Shown here in pieces: positions 14,826-23,476 of a stretch of DNA of 32,232 bases. Position 1 is the stretch's first letter. Each line of letters begins with the position of its first letter. This stretch comes from an uncultured Nannocystaceae bacterium (GTDB lineage Bacteria > Myxococcota_A > Polyangia > Nannocystales > Nannocystaceae): positions 1 to 32,232 of the forward strand of contig CALKDV010000330.1 of NCBI GenBank assembly GCA_938084085.1, read 5' to 3'. A model generated the notes under the pieces. That model was not told where the DNA came from. It saw only the letters and a list, made by a program, of their open reading frames with translations, and did no database searches. The position numbers were made by a program, and so were the translations under genes.

Positions 14826-15776
14826 CTAGGCGGCGGAGGGTCCCGTGCGCGCATCTTCATCAACGAGGACCTGACGATAGGCACGTTCGAGGAGACTCTC
14901 TGCCGTGTCGAAGCCATCCGCCACCACCCAATCGGCGCGACGCAGGCATAAGGAGCTCACCCCGACGAAGACGCTCCGCGCAATCTCCGCAGGTGCGCGC
15001 GCCCGGATTCGCAGCGCCACGGCGTGGGCGCCGGTTTCGCCGGCGTAGGGCAGCACCACGAGATTCCATGAGAACTCTGGGTGCAACGGCACCGCGAGCG
15101 CCGCGATGGTCACCTCTCTCGGGTCGAGCCCGGCGTCGCCAACCTCGCGGGCCACGGCCAAACCGCCGAGCCTGTCTGAGCTTCGGAGCACGGGAGAGAT
15201 CCACGCGTCCCGAGTCTCATAGGTCAAACCGAGCGGCGCCTTTATCAACACCGCCGACATTTTCTCGCCGTCACGGTTGGCGCGTCGGGTCTCGTGACTT
15301 AAGAACTGCAAGATGGCGCGGTGGTCGAGCACGGGATTGGCGTCCCTCCCCCACCGCCCCGAGGATCCCGACGCCGCGTCCTCCATGGCGCGAAGCTGCC
15401 TCGCGCGACTCCGATCTCTCAACACCATCGCGGTTGGCGTTTCTTGAAGTCGATCCGCAGTCAAAAAATCCCCAGAGCGTTGGGAGGGCAGACGAAGACA
15501 CTTCACATCGAAGCCGTCCACTTCGTCGGCTGCGCCGGGGCAACCGATGGTCTCCCCCGCGAACAAGAGCGTCGCCTTGTTCCGGGGAATCTGCAGGAAT
15601 CGCGTGACAACCGTGTGACTCGTTTTGCCGATCAACGCCGGCGCCCGAACCCCAAGATGTCGACACGCGGCCGCGTTGCAAAACGCCACCCGGTCCGACT
15701 CATCAAAAATAAGCACGCCGTCATCGATGGCGTCACAAACAATCTGCAGCCCCATCGTGCCTAGTTCTAACGCCAT
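14826..15776 (-). CDS. PAS-like sensor protein with a degenerate GGDEF-like C-terminal domain (tentative)
   Basis: 316 aa starting at ATG 15776. PAS-like N-terminus LQIVCDAIDDGVLIFDESDRVAFCNAAACRHLGVRAPALIGKT. The C-terminal half follows the GGDEF-domain pattern (DHRAILQFLSHETRRANRDGEKMSAVLI ... LHPEFSWNLVVLPYAGETGAHAVALRIRA ... SVFVGVSS ... AESLLERAYRQV). The GG[DE]EF catalytic motif itself is not intact. Confidence 0.55.
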   Translation of the reverse strand: MALELGTMGLQIVCDAIDDGVLIFDESDRVAFCNAAACRHLGVRAPALIGKTSHTVVTRFLQIPRNKATLLFAGETIGCPGAADEVDGFDVKCLRLPSQRSGDFLTADRLQETPTAMVLRDRSRARQLRAMEDAASGSSGRWGRDANPVLDHRAILQFLSHETRRANRDGEKMSAVLIKAPLGLTYETRDAWISPVLRSSDRLGGLAVAREVGDAGLDPREVTIAALAVPLHPEFSWNLVVLPYAGETGAHAVALRIRARAPAEIARSVFVGVSSLCLRRADWVVADGFDTAESLLERAYRQVLVDEDARTGPSAA

Positions 15777-16056
15777 CTACAGTGAGACATCGCCCATTTG
15801 ACGGCTGATCTGTAGAGGCGTTTGCCAATTTGAAACCATGCGTGTTTTTGTCCCTCGGCCTCGACACTCGGGAGAGCCTGACGGCCTGCTCAAGCTCGAA
15901 CAAGTTCGCCGATACCGTGGAGTTTTGCGCACTTCAAGCGGCTTAAGGTCCTGACGAGAGCAGGCAAACCCCACCTCTGCCCGCAGCCACGATCACCAGC
16001 GTTGGCCCACACTTCTGCACGCCGTAGTACAGTGAGGCATCGACGCAACGCCCCAC

Positions 16057-17586
16057 ATGAGTGAAGCCGAGGCGCGATTTGATGCGCGGCGTCGCGCATT
16101 TGGGCGTTGGCTCGGCCCAATCTTGGCGACGTCGATGTTGCTCGCGCCACTCGACCTGCCCACCGACGCCCACCGCCTGTCCGCGATCTGCGTCCTGGTG
16201 GTGATCTGGTGGATCACAGAGGCGATCCCGCTCGCGGTGACCGCGGTGGTCGGACCCGCGCTGTGCGTCTTGATGGGTGTCGCCGGCGCGAAGACAGCCT
16301 TTCAAGGCTTCGCGCACCCGCTCATCTTTTTGTTCCTCGGAGGATTCATCCTCGCCCGGGCCCTCTCCGTCTGCGAGGTCGATCGGCGGATCACCTTGTG
16401 GCTGCTCTCGCGGCCCTGGATCGCGGGTCGGCCCGCGCGCGCCTTCGCTGCCGTCACCTTGATCACGTGGGGGTTTTCCATGTGGGTCTCCAACACCGCG
16501 ACCACCGCGATGATGCTGCCCATCGCACTTGGGCTGGCGCGGACCCTCGGTCGCCACCTGCCCGACACAGACGAGACGGTCGGCGCCATGTCTCGCTGGA
16601 CCGAAGGGTTGATGATCACGCTGGCCTACGCCGCCTCCCTCGGTGGCGTCGCCACACCGGTGGGCACCGCGCCCAATATGATCGCGATCGAACAGATCGA
16701 ATCACAGCTCGGGCAGCGGATCGATTTTGTCCAATGGATGGCCTTCGCCTTCCCGGTGAGCGCCTGCGCCGTTGCCCTCCTGCTGTTCTTGTCGCTCCGC
16801 CGATTTCCCGCGCCCGTCGCGTTCGTGGCCGGGCTGACCGACGAGCTCTCCAACAGCTTGAGTGCGCTCGGACCGATCCGTCCCGCGCAGCGCCGTGTGG
16901 TCGCGGTCTTCGCCGCCACAGTGCTCGGATGGCTCACGCCCGCGGCCTTGAGAATCCTCGACCCCGGTGGCCCCCTCGCGCAATGGGGGCGAGCCCACAT
17001 GCATGAAGGGGTGGTCGCGCTGTTGGGGGTCGCCGCTCTATTTCTCCTTCCCGGGGACGCGAAGTCCTCGGCCGATCCCCACGAGCGCGGGACCCCCCGC
17101 TTGATCACGTGGCGCCAAGCGGTCGACATCGACTGGGGGACCTTGCTGCTGCTCGGCGGTGGCTTCGCCATGAGCGGCATGGTCTTCGAGACAGGCCTCG
17201 CGGACGCCATCGCACGCGGCGTCCTTCAAGACGGCGCCCTCCCCGGAGGTGCCCCCATGCTGATGTTCGCCGCGGTCGGACTGGTGATCTATCTAACCGA
17301 GGTCGCCTCGAACACCGCGACGACCAATATGATGCTGCCGGTGCTGATCCCCATCGCCGTCGCCGCCGGTTTCGACGCCCGCCTCGTAGCTGTCGGGGTC
17401 GCCATCGCCGCGAGCTGCGCGTTCATGCTTCCCGTCTCCACCCCGCCCAACGCCATCGCCTACGGCTCCGGCCGCGTGCGCATCGTGACCATGGTTCGCT
17501 ACGGCGCCCGGCTCGATCTCATCGGGCTGGTCGCGCTCTGGCTGTTCAGCCTGTATGTACTCCCAGCGCTGTTGCCGTCTGCGTAG
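16057..17586 (+). CDS. Divalent anion:Na+ symporter (DASS/SLC13) family transporter
   Basis: 509 aa starting at ATG, polytopic. It has two SNT hairpin motifs (VSNTATTAMMLPIALGL and VASNTATTNMMLPVLIPIA) and an N-terminal WWITEAIPLAVTAVVGPALCVLMGV typical of DASS carriers. Confidence 0.9.
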   Translation: MSEAEARFDARRRAFGRWLGPILATSMLLAPLDLPTDAHRLSAICVLVVIWWITEAIPLAVTAVVGPALCVLMGVAGAKTAFQGFAHPLIFLFLGGFILARALSVCEVDRRITLWLLSRPWIAGRPARAFAAVTLITWGFSMWVSNTATTAMMLPIALGLARTLGRHLPDTDETVGAMSRWTEGLMITLAYAASLGGVATPVGTAPNMIAIEQIESQLGQRIDFVQWMAFAFPVSACAVALLLFLSLRRFPAPVAFVAGLTDELSNSLSALGPIRPAQRRVVAVFAATVLGWLTPAALRILDPGGPLAQWGRAHMHEGVVALLGVAALFLLPGDAKSSADPHERGTPRLITWRQAVDIDWGTLLLLGGGFAMSGMVFETGLADAIARGVLQDGALPGGAPMLMFAAVGLVIYLTEVASNTATTNMMLPVLIPIAVAAGFDARLVAVGVAIAASCAFMLPVSTPPNAIAYGSGRVRIVTMVRYGARLDLIGLVALWLFSLYVLPALLPSA

Positions 17587-17590
17587 CTCG

Positions 17591-19615
17591 TCACGACGCC
17601 GCGTCAGCGACCACGCCCAAGATCCCCTCGCCAAAGCGCGCCGCCTTCGCCGGGCCGATCCCATGGGCCTGAAGCAGCTCCTCCATGTCCCGCGGCCGCA
17701 GCATGGCCACGTCCCGCAAGGTCCGATCACTCGCGACGACGTAGGGCGGCACGGCGTGCGCGCGCGCGACCTCGAGGCGATGCACCCGCAACGCCTCAAA
17801 CAACTCCGCAGCCTCCGGCCCTAGCTCTGAGACCTCTGGCGACGCCGCGCGCGCCCCCTGTCTCGCGGGTCGCGAGCCCCTCGGGCGCTTCGACGCCAAC
17901 GGGGGCAGCGAGATCGACGCGACCATGGTCCCGCGCATCACGGCGCCTCCCTCGTCCGTCAACAACACCATCGGATGGTCGCCCGTGGTGAACGACACCC
18001 AGCCAGCCGACACGCACCGTCGCGCCAGTCGGGTCAGCCACGCCTCGGCAAAATCTTGAAGAGCCCCGAAGGTGCGGACATCATCGAGCCCGTATCGCGT
18101 GAGGCGTGGATCCTGGGTCCCCTTGGCGAGACGCACGGCGGCGCCGAGTCCCAACCGACCATGACAGCGGGCCACCGCGCTGAGGAGTTTGCGCACCACG
18201 AGCGCGGAGTCCTCTGTCGACATGTCCGCGCTCTCCACCCTCCCCTCACACACGTCGCAGCGTCCGCAGCCGCCGAGCACCTCCGCCTCGTCACCGAAAT
18301 AGCGCAAGATGCCGTCGTGCCGGCACGAGCCGCTGTCGGCCCACCTCATGAGCTCAAGGAAGGTACTCCACTTGTGCTCGACCATCTCTGGGTCGGGCGC
18401 GCGACCGTCGACATCAAGCTCAAGCAGGCGCCGCCGAAGCGGGAAGTCCTGCGTCGAGGTCATCAGCAAGCCGACCGCGGGCTCGCCGTCTCGACCCGCC
18501 CGGCCCACCTCTTGATAGTAGGCCTCGATGGATCCCGGCGGACCCAAATGCACCACGGCCCGGACGTCGGCGCGATCGATCCCCATGCCGAAGGCGTTGG
18601 TCGCCACGACCACCTCGAGCTTGCCCACCGAAAATCGCTCGCTGACCTTGGCGCGCTTCGACGCGCTCAGGCCCGCGTGATAGACCGCCGCCTTCCACCC
18701 CAGCGACTTGAGGCGCTCTCCCTCCGCGTCCGCCTTGCGCCGGGTCGGCGCGTAGATGATCACCGCCCCTGAACCCGCGAGGGCACGCCCCGTGGGAGCC
18801 TCAAGGACCTCCGCGAGCACGGCGTCCACGCGCGCCCTTGCCTCGCGGATACCCGAGACCTCCACCGCGCGTAAGGCCAGGTTCGGCCGCGCGAAGCCGT
18901 GGATCAGCTGGGGCGTGTCCGCGCCAAGGCCAAGCTTGGCCACGATCTCATCACGCACCACCGGCGTCGCGGTCGCGGTACAGGCGAGCACGCGCGGGTT
19001 GCCCGGGAAGGCGTCGAGGAATTCACCGATCTGCAGGTAATCGGGGCGAAAATCGTGCCCCCACTCGCTGATGCAGTGGGCCTCGTCGATCGCCACGAGC
19101 GGGCAGCCCATCTCAGCCAACATCCCGCGAAATCCCGGATAGCTCAGCCGCTCTGGCGCCACGTACAAGAGATCGTAGCCGCCCTCCCGCGCGCAGCGCA
19201 TTCGGTGTCGAAGCTCGTCGCTGTCGAGGGTGGACGCGAGATAGGTGCACGAGACCCCTCGCCGGGACAGCGCGCTCACTTGATCCTCCATCAACGAGAT
19301 CAGGGGACAGACCACCAAGGTCGTCCCCTCCAACAGCAACGCGGGCAGCTGATAGGTCAGGCTCTTCCCGCCCCCCGTCGGAGCCACCAAAAGCACCCTA
19401 TTGCGCGAGAGAAGCTGCTCCACAGCCTCTCGCTGGCCACGGCGGAACGATTCGAAGCCGAGTGTGGCCAACGCCGCGTCCATCTGTTCCAGCGCCGCTG
19501 CGTCCCTCACAGGAGCTATATCCGCCTTTTCAAGTGGGGACGCAAGGCAGATCTTGGGATCGGCGCTGTCGCGTGTGTTTACACGAGCGACACACAACAA
19601 CAACATTGCCTCCAC
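17591..19615 (-). CDS. recQ: ATP-dependent DNA helicase RecQ
   Basis: FESFRRGQREAVEQLL, motif I APTGGGKSLTYQLPALL, DEAH box AIDEAHCISEWGHDFRPDY. RecQ zinc motif CRHDGILRYFGDE...GGCGRCDVC. C-terminal HRDC-like ELFEALRVHRLEVARAHAVPPYVVASDRTLRDVAMLRP. The track start is GTG 19615. The ATG at 19483 (MDAALATLGFESF...) gives the usual short N-terminus and a realistic divergent promoter region. Confidence 0.92.
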   Translation of the reverse strand: MEAMLLLCVARVNTRDSADPKICLASPLEKADIAPVRDAAALEQMDAALATLGFESFRRGQREAVEQLLSRNRVLLVAPTGGGKSLTYQLPALLLEGTTLVVCPLISLMEDQVSALSRRGVSCTYLASTLDSDELRHRMRCAREGGYDLLYVAPERLSYPGFRGMLAEMGCPLVAIDEAHCISEWGHDFRPDYLQIGEFLDAFPGNPRVLACTATATPVVRDEIVAKLGLGADTPQLIHGFARPNLALRAVEVSGIREARARVDAVLAEVLEAPTGRALAGSGAVIIYAPTRRKADAEGERLKSLGWKAAVYHAGLSASKRAKVSERFSVGKLEVVVATNAFGMGIDRADVRAVVHLGPPGSIEAYYQEVGRAGRDGEPAVGLLMTSTQDFPLRRRLLELDVDGRAPDPEMVEHKWSTFLELMRWADSGSCRHDGILRYFGDEAEVLGGCGRCDVCEGRVESADMSTEDSALVVRKLLSAVARCHGRLGLGAAVRLAKGTQDPRLTRYGLDDVRTFGALQDFAEAWLTRLARRCVSAGWVSFTTGDHPMVLLTDEGGAVMRGTMVASISLPPLASKRPRGSRPARQGARAASPEVSELGPEAAELFEALRVHRLEVARAHAVPPYVVASDRTLRDVAMLRPRDMEELLQAHGIGPAKAARFGEGILGVVADAAS

Positions 19616-19650
19616 GATCGCCGGGTACGAAGGGTCCAGGAAACGTACGC

Positions 19651-20250
19651 ATGCGCTCGCTCATCGCCCCAATCGCCCTCCTCTGCCTGCTCCCCGGCTG
19701 TGAAGTCCGTGAGGTCGCTACGCCGACCGCCGACCGGTTTGACGCGTGTGAAATCGGTTTCGAGTGCGCGCTCGACTGTGAGCTCCCCATGGATTCGCTC
19801 GAGGAGCTCGGCTGCGGCCCTGGCGACTTCAGCTCCGAGGCGCCCTTTTGCGACCTCGAAGACGACTGCGCCAACGCCAAGAGCAGCTGCTACGCCGCAT
19901 GCGAAGCGGACTACCCGCCGAGCGAGGGCGCTGTCCCGCAAGGGCAAGTCGACTGCAAGATCGAATGTTCCGACAATTTCGGGAATGACTCGTCCTGCAA
20001 GACCGACTTCCAAGCGTGGCTCGGCGAGCGCGAGGCGGTCCTCAATCCCTATCGCGTGTGTCTGTCACCTTGCGAAGGCCGCCCCACGCGGGTCGACTGC
20101 GATGCCGGCCAAGAAGACCGCTGCGATCCGGTGATGTACGCGCGCCACCTCGGCGTGGAGATGGTCGAGGCCTGCATCCTTGGAGACGATGACGCATGCG
20201 CGTGGCGCTGCGACGATCCAATCCACGGCTTCCCCACCCTCGAGCGTTGA
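19651..20250 (+). CDS. Acidic cysteine-rich lipoprotein, function unknown
   Basis: Track ORF 19462..20250. The internal ATG at 19651 gives MRSLIAPIALLCLLPGC (lipobox LLPGC). The upstream 63 codons are Pro/Arg-rich and overlap recQ. The mature part is strongly acidic and has 18 Cys by my count. Confidence 0.7.
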   Translation: MRSLIAPIALLCLLPGCEVREVATPTADRFDACEIGFECALDCELPMDSLEELGCGPGDFSSEAPFCDLEDDCANAKSSCYAACEADYPPSEGAVPQGQVDCKIECSDNFGNDSSCKTDFQAWLGEREAVLNPYRVCLSPCEGRPTRVDCDAGQEDRCDPVMYARHLGVEMVEACILGDDDACAWRCDDPIHGFPTLER

Positions 20251-20443
20251 TGACGTCCGGTCGTGACGGCACCGCCGCAGCCCGCGCCGAGCGCCCACAG
20301 CATCGCCCACGTCGAGCGACGCAAAACGTCCCGGCCGCCAAAGAACAGCGGTCATCGTACAAGCAGGCTCACGCTCCGCGCCCGCTTTGTCGCGTTGAGG
20401 TTCCCAGCTTGCCGACGGTCAACCCTCGTGCGACGCTCGGTGC

Positions 20444-20689
20444 GTGGACGGATCGGACAACGACAGCAACGAGACTAACGATGAGCTCACGGAAGCCACC
20501 GAGCGCACGCGCGCGCTTCGAAAGATGATGCTCGTGCTCCTCGTGGGGCTGGTGGTGCTGCGTCAATTTGGAATCGTCGCCGTCCCCACCTGGGTCATCA
20601 TGGTGATCGCGTTGATCGCGTCGCTGCTTCCGATGTTGTCCCTCGCCCAGGCCATGGCGACCAAGATGCCGCCAGACACCCGCGCCTGA
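20444..20689 (+). CDS. Possible small two-TM membrane protein
   Basis: GTG start at 20444, with an alternative ATG at 20526 (MMLVLLVGLVVLRQFGIVAVPTWVIMVIALIASLLPMLSLAQA). Third-codon positions are G/C-rich like neighbouring genes. I recognise no family. Confidence 0.35.
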   Translation: MDGSDNDSNETNDELTEATERTRALRKMMLVLLVGLVVLRQFGIVAVPTWVIMVIALIASLLPMLSLAQAMATKMPPDTRA

Positions 20690-20700
20690 CGAGGCGCCCC

Positions 20701-22446
20701 TTAGCGGGGTCCGGTCTCGCCCGCCGCCGGATAGGACGGCCGTAAGTCCACGGGGATCCCCTCAAGCTTCCCAAGGGCCGCCTCCATCGGCGTGGACATC
20801 ACCCCGTACTTGTTCAAGAAGGCTTCCACCGCCTTGGCGTCACCGTTGTGCTGCATCACGCACACATCCTTGACGAGCGCCGTGATCGATTTCTCAAGCT
20901 GCGCGAGGTCCACCTTGAAGCGACCCGTCGCCGCGTCGATGCTGGCCGCGCCCTCTTCGAGGAACCGATTGATCTGGAACGCCGCGCCCTTCCCGTGCGC
21001 CTCCGCCACTCCAAACCGCACGCTGCGAAACAGCCCCGCGAAGTAGCTAAGCAGCAGCTGATTTTTGAACTCCGCCGGGAACAGCCCCTTCTCAATCATA
21101 TAGAGGATGTTGTAGGCGCCCATCACGTCCGCCTTCCCCTCCTCGAGCGGCGAATACAAGCTCCCGAGCGCTACCCGCACCTCCACCTTCTCCCCGTCTC
21201 GCTCCGTGAAGGCAGGACCGAGGCTGTGGGAGAGCTCGTGGAACAACGTCTCGTTGAAGAACGCGTCACCGGAGAGCAAAGGCAGCTGCGACTCGTCGAT
21301 GATGCGACCCGCGAGCGGGCGCAAGATCACGTCGAACTTAACCTTGATGATGTTGCGGAGCATCACTTTCTTCGCGCCCTTCTCTTTGCGGACGCGCTCG
21401 TCATTGGGGAGGTTAAAGGCGATGGTCTGCACGCTCTTTCGGGCGTCGCCTGAGGTGTAGACGATGTCCACGACCCGAATGGGGCTCTCCGCCCCGCGGA
21501 CCGTCTTCATCTCCTCGGGGATGGGGAGGTTGCGCTCCATGTCGGGCAGTAGCTCCTTGTACCGCGCGAGTTTCTTGGAGGCGTCGGGATCCGCGACGGT
21601 CACGAAGGCCTCGAACGCCGCCTTCGCGCCCCCGAGTTCGTCCTCGTAGGTCTCGTAGGGTCCGATGGTGATCTCCACCGGAGAGTCGAGGTCCATCCAG
21701 TCCTTGTCGCTTTGGTAGTAGTCGTCGGAGCGGAACCCGGCGGCACGAGACTTCAAGAAGGTCGCGAGGCTCTCATTTTTTGTCATGCCTGCGGCCGCCT
21801 CCAGATGCTTGGCGGCCGGCTCCAGCCACTCCTTATACGCCTCACTGTAGGGCACAGCCTTGAGCGTGTCCCCGTCCCTCACCACCAGGGTAAACAGCCC
21901 CTCGAGCGCCTCGCGTTGATCGGGGTGCGCCTTGAGGTAGGCGTCCAACCCCGCCTTGTCGAGGTCCTCCGGATAGTATCCGGCACCGACCGGACGGGGC
22001 GTCGCCACTGCGAACGGGGCAAAGTGATCTTGTCGGTCCCACGGCCCCCGCATGACCCTGTAGTACGCGAGGGCGGCCTTGCTGGCGTCGTCATCCCGCG
22101 CCGCCAACGCCGCTTCGAAGGCGGGGTTTAACGCCCACGCCTGTCGGTCGAAGATGGGGTCGAGAAGCTTCGCCGCCTCGATCAGCTCTTTGAGCGCGGC
22201 TTGATCGCCCGGGCTCAAATGATCGGTCTTCGCCGTCAACTCGACCGGCGCGAACTGGGCGAGCTTCGCCTTCAGCGCCGCCACGTCGCCCACGGCGACC
22301 TCGGGGATGCGTGGTTGTGCGACCTTCGCCGGCTTCGCCTCCTCTTTGTTCTCCGGCGCTGACTTCGCCGCTCCCGAATCCGCCGGTTTCGAGCAACCGA
22401 GCGACAACAACAACGACAAAGAAACAACGAGGGTTCGTGGGTACAT
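20701..22446 (-). CDS. Peptidase M49 (dipeptidyl-peptidase III)-like zinc metallopeptidase, predicted lipoprotein
   Basis: Track ORF 20701..22488. The ATG at 22446 gives MYPRTLVVSLSLLLSLGCSKP, a lipoprotein-type signal. Zinc motifs FHELSHSLGP and EEGKADVMG match the HExxH / EExKAD variant of the M49 family. Confidence 0.75.
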   Translation of the reverse strand: MYPRTLVVSLSLLLSLGCSKPADSGAAKSAPENKEEAKPAKVAQPRIPEVAVGDVAALKAKLAQFAPVELTAKTDHLSPGDQAALKELIEAAKLLDPIFDRQAWALNPAFEAALAARDDDASKAALAYYRVMRGPWDRQDHFAPFAVATPRPVGAGYYPEDLDKAGLDAYLKAHPDQREALEGLFTLVVRDGDTLKAVPYSEAYKEWLEPAAKHLEAAAGMTKNESLATFLKSRAAGFRSDDYYQSDKDWMDLDSPVEITIGPYETYEDELGGAKAAFEAFVTVADPDASKKLARYKELLPDMERNLPIPEEMKTVRGAESPIRVVDIVYTSGDARKSVQTIAFNLPNDERVRKEKGAKKVMLRNIIKVKFDVILRPLAGRIIDESQLPLLSGDAFFNETLFHELSHSLGPAFTERDGEKVEVRVALGSLYSPLEEGKADVMGAYNILYMIEKGLFPAEFKNQLLLSYFAGLFRSVRFGVAEAHGKGAAFQINRFLEEGAASIDAATGRFKVDLAQLEKSITALVKDVCVMQHNGDAKAVEAFLNKYGVMSTPMEAALGKLEGIPVDLRPSYPAAGETGPR

Positions 22447-22624
22447 GTTCAAAAGTCCTTTGGACGCGATCATCAGCGCCTCGCGCATACTAGCGATTCC
22501 CGGAGGAGGTTACGAGCACCGCGACCGAGGTTGTGCCGGTCGGGTAGCTTACCGCTAGTACACCGGGAGATTCCGCGCCCCCTCGGCGTGTTGAACCGAG
22601 GTCTAGAGGTTGCTACGTTGGCGC

Positions 22625-23476
22625 ATGCGCGTTGGAGGGGCCAAACGAATCCGCCGAGCGAGGCGAGGTAGCGCGACGGTGGGCTGCGCCGCCCTCGCGT
22701 GGACACTCTGCGCCTCCCCCGTCTTTGCGAACTCCCCCTCGAAGGCCGAACAGGCCCGGGTTTCGGTGCGGGAAGCGGTAGGCGCCCTCCCCCCCAACGC
22801 CGCCCTCGAGCGCCTCGCGAAAGAGGCATACCGCCTCAAAGATCCGCTGCTGTTGCTCGATGCGGGGGAGGAAGCGCTGGCCCGCGCGACGGAGATCGAG
22901 GACGTCGAGGCGCTGGGGCGCGCTCGCGCCCACGTGAGCGTGGCCTTCGACATGCTCGCGTACCTCCAAGATCCCCGCGTCAAGAGCCGCTGGGTGCCCG
23001 TGGAGACGGCGGACCTGCCCGCGCACATCGACCGTGCCGACACGCTGCTGCGCGACATCGACGCGCGCATCGATGAGATCCGTGCCGCGCGAGCCGCCGC
23101 CCTCGTCGCCACCGCCGAGCCGCCGCCGAAGACCGGTCGGGGTCGTCTCGTCAGCGGTGCGGTGCTCACCGCCGTGGGCATCTCCGGCGCCGCGCTCGGC
23201 TTGACCGGCGCGCTGCTGGGTCGACAGGCCCAAAACAAGATCGACGATCCTTCAATCTACGGCACCACGTGGGACGAATGGGATACGAAGGGTCGTAACG
23301 CGAATCTGATGTCCTTCGTGGGTGCGGGCGCCGCCGCCGTGGGTCTGATCGTCGGGATCCCGCTGATCGTGTCGGGGACCAAGGCGAAGCGACGCGCGGA
23401 GGAGCGCAGCGCCACCTCGAGTGCCCTTCGGATCCTCCCGCAACCACGAGGGCTGCTCGTGACGGGGAGGTTTTAG
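22625..23476 (+). CDS. Secreted or membrane protein of unknown function (signal peptide, helical region, two C-terminal TM segments)
   Basis: Track ORF starts at TTG 22610. The ATG at 22625 gives MRVGGAKRIRRARRGSATVGCAALAWTLCASPVFA. Third-codon positions are strongly G/C-rich in this frame, and the antisense ORFs 22603-23238 and 22613-23233 look like shadows. TM segments: LVSGAVLTAVGISGAALGLTGALLG and FVGAGAAAVGLIVGIPLIV. Confidence 0.65.
   Translation: MRVGGAKRIRRARRGSATVGCAALAWTLCASPVFANSPSKAEQARVSVREAVGALPPNAALERLAKEAYRLKDPLLLLDAGEEALARATEIEDVEALGRARAHVSVAFDMLAYLQDPRVKSRWVPVETADLPAHIDRADTLLRDIDARIDEIRAARAAALVATAEPPPKTGRGRLVSGAVLTAVGISGAALGLTGALLGRQAQNKIDDPSIYGTTWDEWDTKGRNANLMSFVGAGAAAVGLIVGIPLIVSGTKAKRRAEERSATSSALRILPQPRGLLVTGRF

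Noticed and set aside
15950-15969. CUGACGAG...CAAAC string resembling a hammerhead ribozyme core
   Set aside because: There is no GAAA/cleavage-site arrangement and no three-stem junction. It is only a 4-bp CCUG/CAGG hairpin.
15943-17006. ORFs 15943-16557 (minus, 204 aa) and 16107-17006 (plus, 299 aa, off-frame)
   Set aside because: They overlap the DASS transporter gene, whose polytopic sequence and duplicated SNT motifs identify the true frame.
18899-20134. 411-aa plus-strand ORF, and 17975-18772 (265 aa)
   Set aside because: Both lie antisense to recQ, whose helicase, Zn and HRDC motifs are unambiguous. The products are Arg/His/Pro-rich, typical of shadow frames in high-GC DNA.
22603-23238. 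Two minus-strand ORFs (211 aa and 206 aa)
   Set aside because: The plus-strand frame (22625-23476) has much stronger third-position G/C bias, a signal peptide and TM segments. The minus-strand products are Ala/Arg/Ser low-complexity.
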